Assembly: GCA_965240325.2 (NCBI GenBank)
Contig: OZ251227.1
Coordinates: 992,001 to 1,056,000, forward strand
Direction: 5' to 3'
Source of the DNA: Rebecca billardiae RCC1528
Lineage: Eukaryota; Protista; Haptophyta
Length of the DNA stretch: 64,000 nt
The translations under genes and the position numbers were made by a program. This document shows, piece by piece, positions 60,225-64,000 of this stretch. Every line of letters starts with the position of its first letter. Position 1 is the stretch's first letter. The notes under the pieces were generated by a model that saw only the letters and a list, made by a program, of their open reading frames with translations, was not told where the DNA came from and ran no database searches.

Positions 60225-62474
60225 TCATGCCTCCAACGGCACGAACGTCTTTGATGAGTTCGTCGCTGTAGCGCCGTGCTGCGAGCCTGCAATTCTTTGG
60301 GCGAGACGACCCGGCATGCACCACTGCTCAAACGTAATGGCCGCACGACTTGGCATGGCCTTCCATTTGAGCAGGAGCCCGGCGAGCAGGCAGTGGGCAA
60401 GGCCGAAGAGCACCAGCGCGATCATGTCCGCGCGCAGCCGCGTTGGATCGATGCCCAGCAGGCTGAGGAATAGATTGGCGCTCAGCGGGAAGGGGTCCAC
60501 ACCTGCGCCCGAACCCCGCGGTGCAGAGCAGAGCACAGCGAACGCCCGTGAGCAGCGCGCATGTGCGCAGTGCGGTGGCCTGCAGTTCGCGCGCGGCGCA
60601 CACCTGGTGCCTGAATCATGACCACCTTATCGTGCAGCTCGTTGCCGAGCATAGCCTGGAAGCCGAAGCGAAAGAAGGAGAGCGACTGCACCATCCCAAC
60701 CAGATCGGGCGCGTCGCTCAGGTTGAGAAGCGCGCCGTTCAGCAGCAGCAGCACTAGCATGAGGATCGTGGCGCACAGGTTGGCGGAGCCGAGGGAGTCG
60801 AACGGGATGGAGAGCGCGGCGACGAGCGTGCCCGCGGCCACGTTCACGAGGACGGCCACGGCGAGAAACGCGACGAAGTGCCACACGTCCGGGTCGAAGT
60901 TCACCTGCGATGCGCGCGGCGCGGCATAGGCATCGCGCCAGCGCGTGGGCAGCGCGTGGGCGGGCTGAGGCGCGACGGCGTGCGCCCGACGCCGTCAAGC
61001 GAGCATCGCTGCGCGGCGTGCGCGCCGCGCGCGGCGCGTGCCAAGGGGTAGAAGCAGGCGGTGAAAGCAAACGCCGGCACGACGCGCAGCAGCAGCATGT
61101 CCATCGTCAGCTTGGTCAGCAGCACCGCAGGCAGCGAGTAGTAGCCGTTGCGCAGCTCGCGCAGGTTGAGCGCCTTCTCCGACATGAACACCTCCATCGC
61201 AGACAGCCCTGAGAAGCCGAAGAGCGCGAGGACAAAGAAGACGGCACCGATGCGGTTCTGCAGCCCGGCGACGTCGTTGGCCAGCCCGTGGAACAGCCCA
61301 CCGACCACCAGCGCCGCGACCACCGCGACGAGCAGGTGCAGCCGCAGCAGCGACGGGTGGCGCACAATCGAGAGCGCCGAGCGCCAGTAGAGCGCCCACA
61401 ACTCAATCCACAGCCGGCGGGCGCGCGCGCCCGCGCTCGGCCGCGCGGCGCGGGAGCCGCGAGCGCCCGCGCCGCGCGGCGCGCTCGGCGAGAGCGGCCC
61501 GCCCGCGCCCACCTCGGGCGCCGCGTGCCCGACGGCCTTGCCGCCATCGGAGCCCTCGGCCGCCACGCCGCCCGCGGCCGCCCACGCGCTGTGTGCGCTC
61601 AGCCGCGCCGCTTCCTCAGGCACCGCCAGCACGTCGAGCAGGTGGTCGGCCATGTTGATGCCCGGCGAGCACGGCACGCGCGCCTTGGCGCAGATGCTCA
61701 CGAGCTCGGACGTGGGCGCGGCGAGCGTGAGCACGCCCGAGCGCATCAGCATCAGCCGGTCGAGGCCCATGAACGCGCGCGACGACGGCTGATGGATGGA
61801 GAGCACCACCACGCGGCCGCGCTTGGCGAGCCGCCGGATCGACTGGATGAGCTGGTACGCGGTGGTGGAGTCGAGGCCGGAGGTGACCTCGTCACAGAGG
61901 AGCACGGCGGGGGAGACGACGAGCGACATCGCCAGCGAGATCCGCCGGCGCTCGCCCCCGCTCACCCGCGCCTGCGCCGACATGGTCGCCGCGTCGCCCA
62001 CGATCGAGTCTGCAACGTGAGTCAGCGAGAGCTCGGCGATTGCCTCGTCCGCGCGCTCGAGCTTCTCCGCCTTGGGCATGTCGACGGGGAGCGTGAGGAG
62101 GGAGGCGAAGGTGACGCACTCGCGCACCGACATTGTGGACGGGAGCAGGTCGTGCTGCTGGCAGTACGAGATGAGCGACGGCGGGTACGACGCGCCAAGC
62201 AGCAGCGGCTCGTCGTCGACCGCGACGCGCCCCGAGCAGCGCGCGCCTCCCGGCACAATGCCCGCGAGCACGTCGAGGAAAGTGGTCTTGCCCGAGCCCG
62301 AGGCGCCCATCACGCCGAGGCACTCGCCGGCGCGCGCGAGGCCGCTGACCGAAGAGAGGATCTGACGCCCGCTTGCCGCGACCACGCTCAGCTCGTCGAA
62401 GGTCAGCTCGCTCACCGAGTGGGCCATGCTCGAGCCGGCGCGCGGCCCAATGCCGCCGGCGGGCGGCCCCGCGC

Positions 62475-62508
<34 letters not shown>

Positions 62509-64000
62509 GGCGGTCGTGGGCAGCATGGTGCCGCCCGCGGAGGAGGAGGCGCGCACGCGCGGCTTGCGGAGCACCAGCCAAAGAGCCGTCGGCGTGCCCA
62601 CGACCACGAGCAGCGCCAGCACCGCGAGCGCGACGCTCGACGCCAGGCGCCACTCGCGCGTGCGCCTCCGCTGCACCAGCACTGCCTGGTCCACGCACTC
62701 CGACACGCGGCAGTCGGCCGAGAGCGGGATGGGCAGGTCGGAGACGCTGACGACGCAGCGCGAGAGGCTGTCGTGCGGCGCGGCGCACGTGAAGCTCGCC
62801 GAGCCGCCGATCGTGTCGCGCCCGAGCATCGACTTGAGCGCCTCCTTGTATGGGCCGAGGTCGCACTCGACGCGCTCGCAGTGCGCGGCGGAGGCGCCGT
62901 TGGCAAAGTCGCAGCCGAGAGCGTCGCAGTGCACGGCGCCGGAGGAGAAGGGCGAGGACGTGGTGGGCGCGCCGATGATGATCTCGCACGACCCCTTCTC
63001 GCGCGGCTCCGCCGAGCACTCCACCGTGATCTGCAGCTCGGCGAACGCCTTGGGCACGTCGGCAGGCATGCACTCGTACGAGCGGCGCATCGGCTCGCGC
63101 GAGTGGAACTCAAAGTCGCCCGCGCTGCACGCGGCCGTGGCGCCGCACGCGGCGGGGGAGGCCGGGTCGCACAGCCCGCACGCCGCGCCGCCGAACCCCG
63201 CCGCGCACGCGCACTCGCACGTGCGCAGGTCGTACTGCGCGTTCGGGATGTCCAGGCACGCCGACTGCCGCTCCGCAGGGCACGACGAGCCCGAGTACGT
63301 GAAGAGCACGCGCGGCGCGCCGCAGCTCATCTCGTCGGCGAGCTCGACGACCAGCCGCTGGCCGGGGTCGCCAGGCCACAGCGTACACGCGATGGCGTCC
63401 TGCGGCTCGGGCGCGGGCGCGTGCCCGCGGAGCGCGCGTCGGCTCGGCGAGACCGCAGGGATGGCGCTCGCATCGGGCGGCGCCGCGCTCGCCGCCTCGC
63501 CGCCGTGACCGCCGCCCAAGCCTGCGGCGCCGAGCACGATCGCCTCGGCCAGAGCCTCGCTAACGGTGAGCGCACGGCGCCCATGGTGCCGCTCGTGGCG
63601 TGAGTGTCGGCCGAGGTGCCGCTCCGCCGGCGCGGCCGGCGCGGCCGGCGCGACCACCCCAACCTCCGGCCACGCCACCGCCGCCACCGCCGTCCCAGCA
63701 CCGTCTCCGCCGGCGGCGGGCGGGTGAAAGGCTTTCGATATGCTCGCGGGCGCCGGCAGCGCTTGCACATCCGAGCACTCGTGCACGTTGTCCTGCTCGT
63801 CGCGCGCCTGCACTCTGAGCGGCACGCCGTGGTCGATGAGCCGGAGGCCGCGCAGCGTGACGCGCGTCGACTCGTTCCACCTCCCGCCCGCCGGCTGGAT
63901 GGACTTGATGACCGACGAGCTGGAGGGCACCTCGGCCTGCTGCGCGACTATCTTGGCGATCAGATCGATGTGCGACTTCTTCCCCGGCAGCGACTCCGAG
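60225..64000 (-). CDS. ABCG transporter with large N-terminal Cys-rich/EGF-like ectodomain (Adp1-like); 5' end outside the window
   Basis: CECACAAGFGGAAC EGF-like motif, TM, GASGSGKTT, VSGGERRR, CDEVTSGLD, SIHQPS, TMD; introns 60905-61041 (GC-AG) and 60503-60603 (GT-AG). Confidence 0.9.

Noticed and set aside
61288-63603. 771-aa + strand ORF, and similar shadows opposite the PI4K, ABCG and hydrolase genes
   Set aside because: Antisense to well-supported genes; no motifs.

Overview
Very GC-rich eukaryotic genomic DNA with short spliceosomal introns (some GC-AG) and AT-rich microsatellite spacers. The style suggests a haptophyte-like alga; that is inference only. Recognisable genes: 3' part of a WD40 protein, a proline-rich LamG-type membrane protein, a His/Asp-rich alpha/beta hydrolase, a single-ORF ~2340 aa vitamin K fusion enzyme, PDX2, a hot-dog thioesterase, a membrane RING protein, a GT8 glycosyltransferase, Rab1, an FkbM methyltransferase, two ABCG transporters (one with an EGF-like ectodomain), a PI4-kinase, HisHF, a homeodomain protein and two low-complexity coiled-coil proteins. 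Mobile DNA: two related ~1.1 kb long-TIR elements with CAAGGG termini and 7-bp TSDs, a gag-only LTR element with apparently identical LTRs inside a (TA)n tract, a second truncated LTR element, and dispersed and tandem repeats. Top observations: (1) the fusion has domain order MenF-MenD-MenH-MenC, which follows the reaction order and differs from plant PHYLLO (F-D-C-H), and a candidate DHNA-CoA thioesterase lies ~2 kb away; (2) the P-like foldback elements; (3) the pol-less, microsatellite-associated LTR family without a recognisable PBS.
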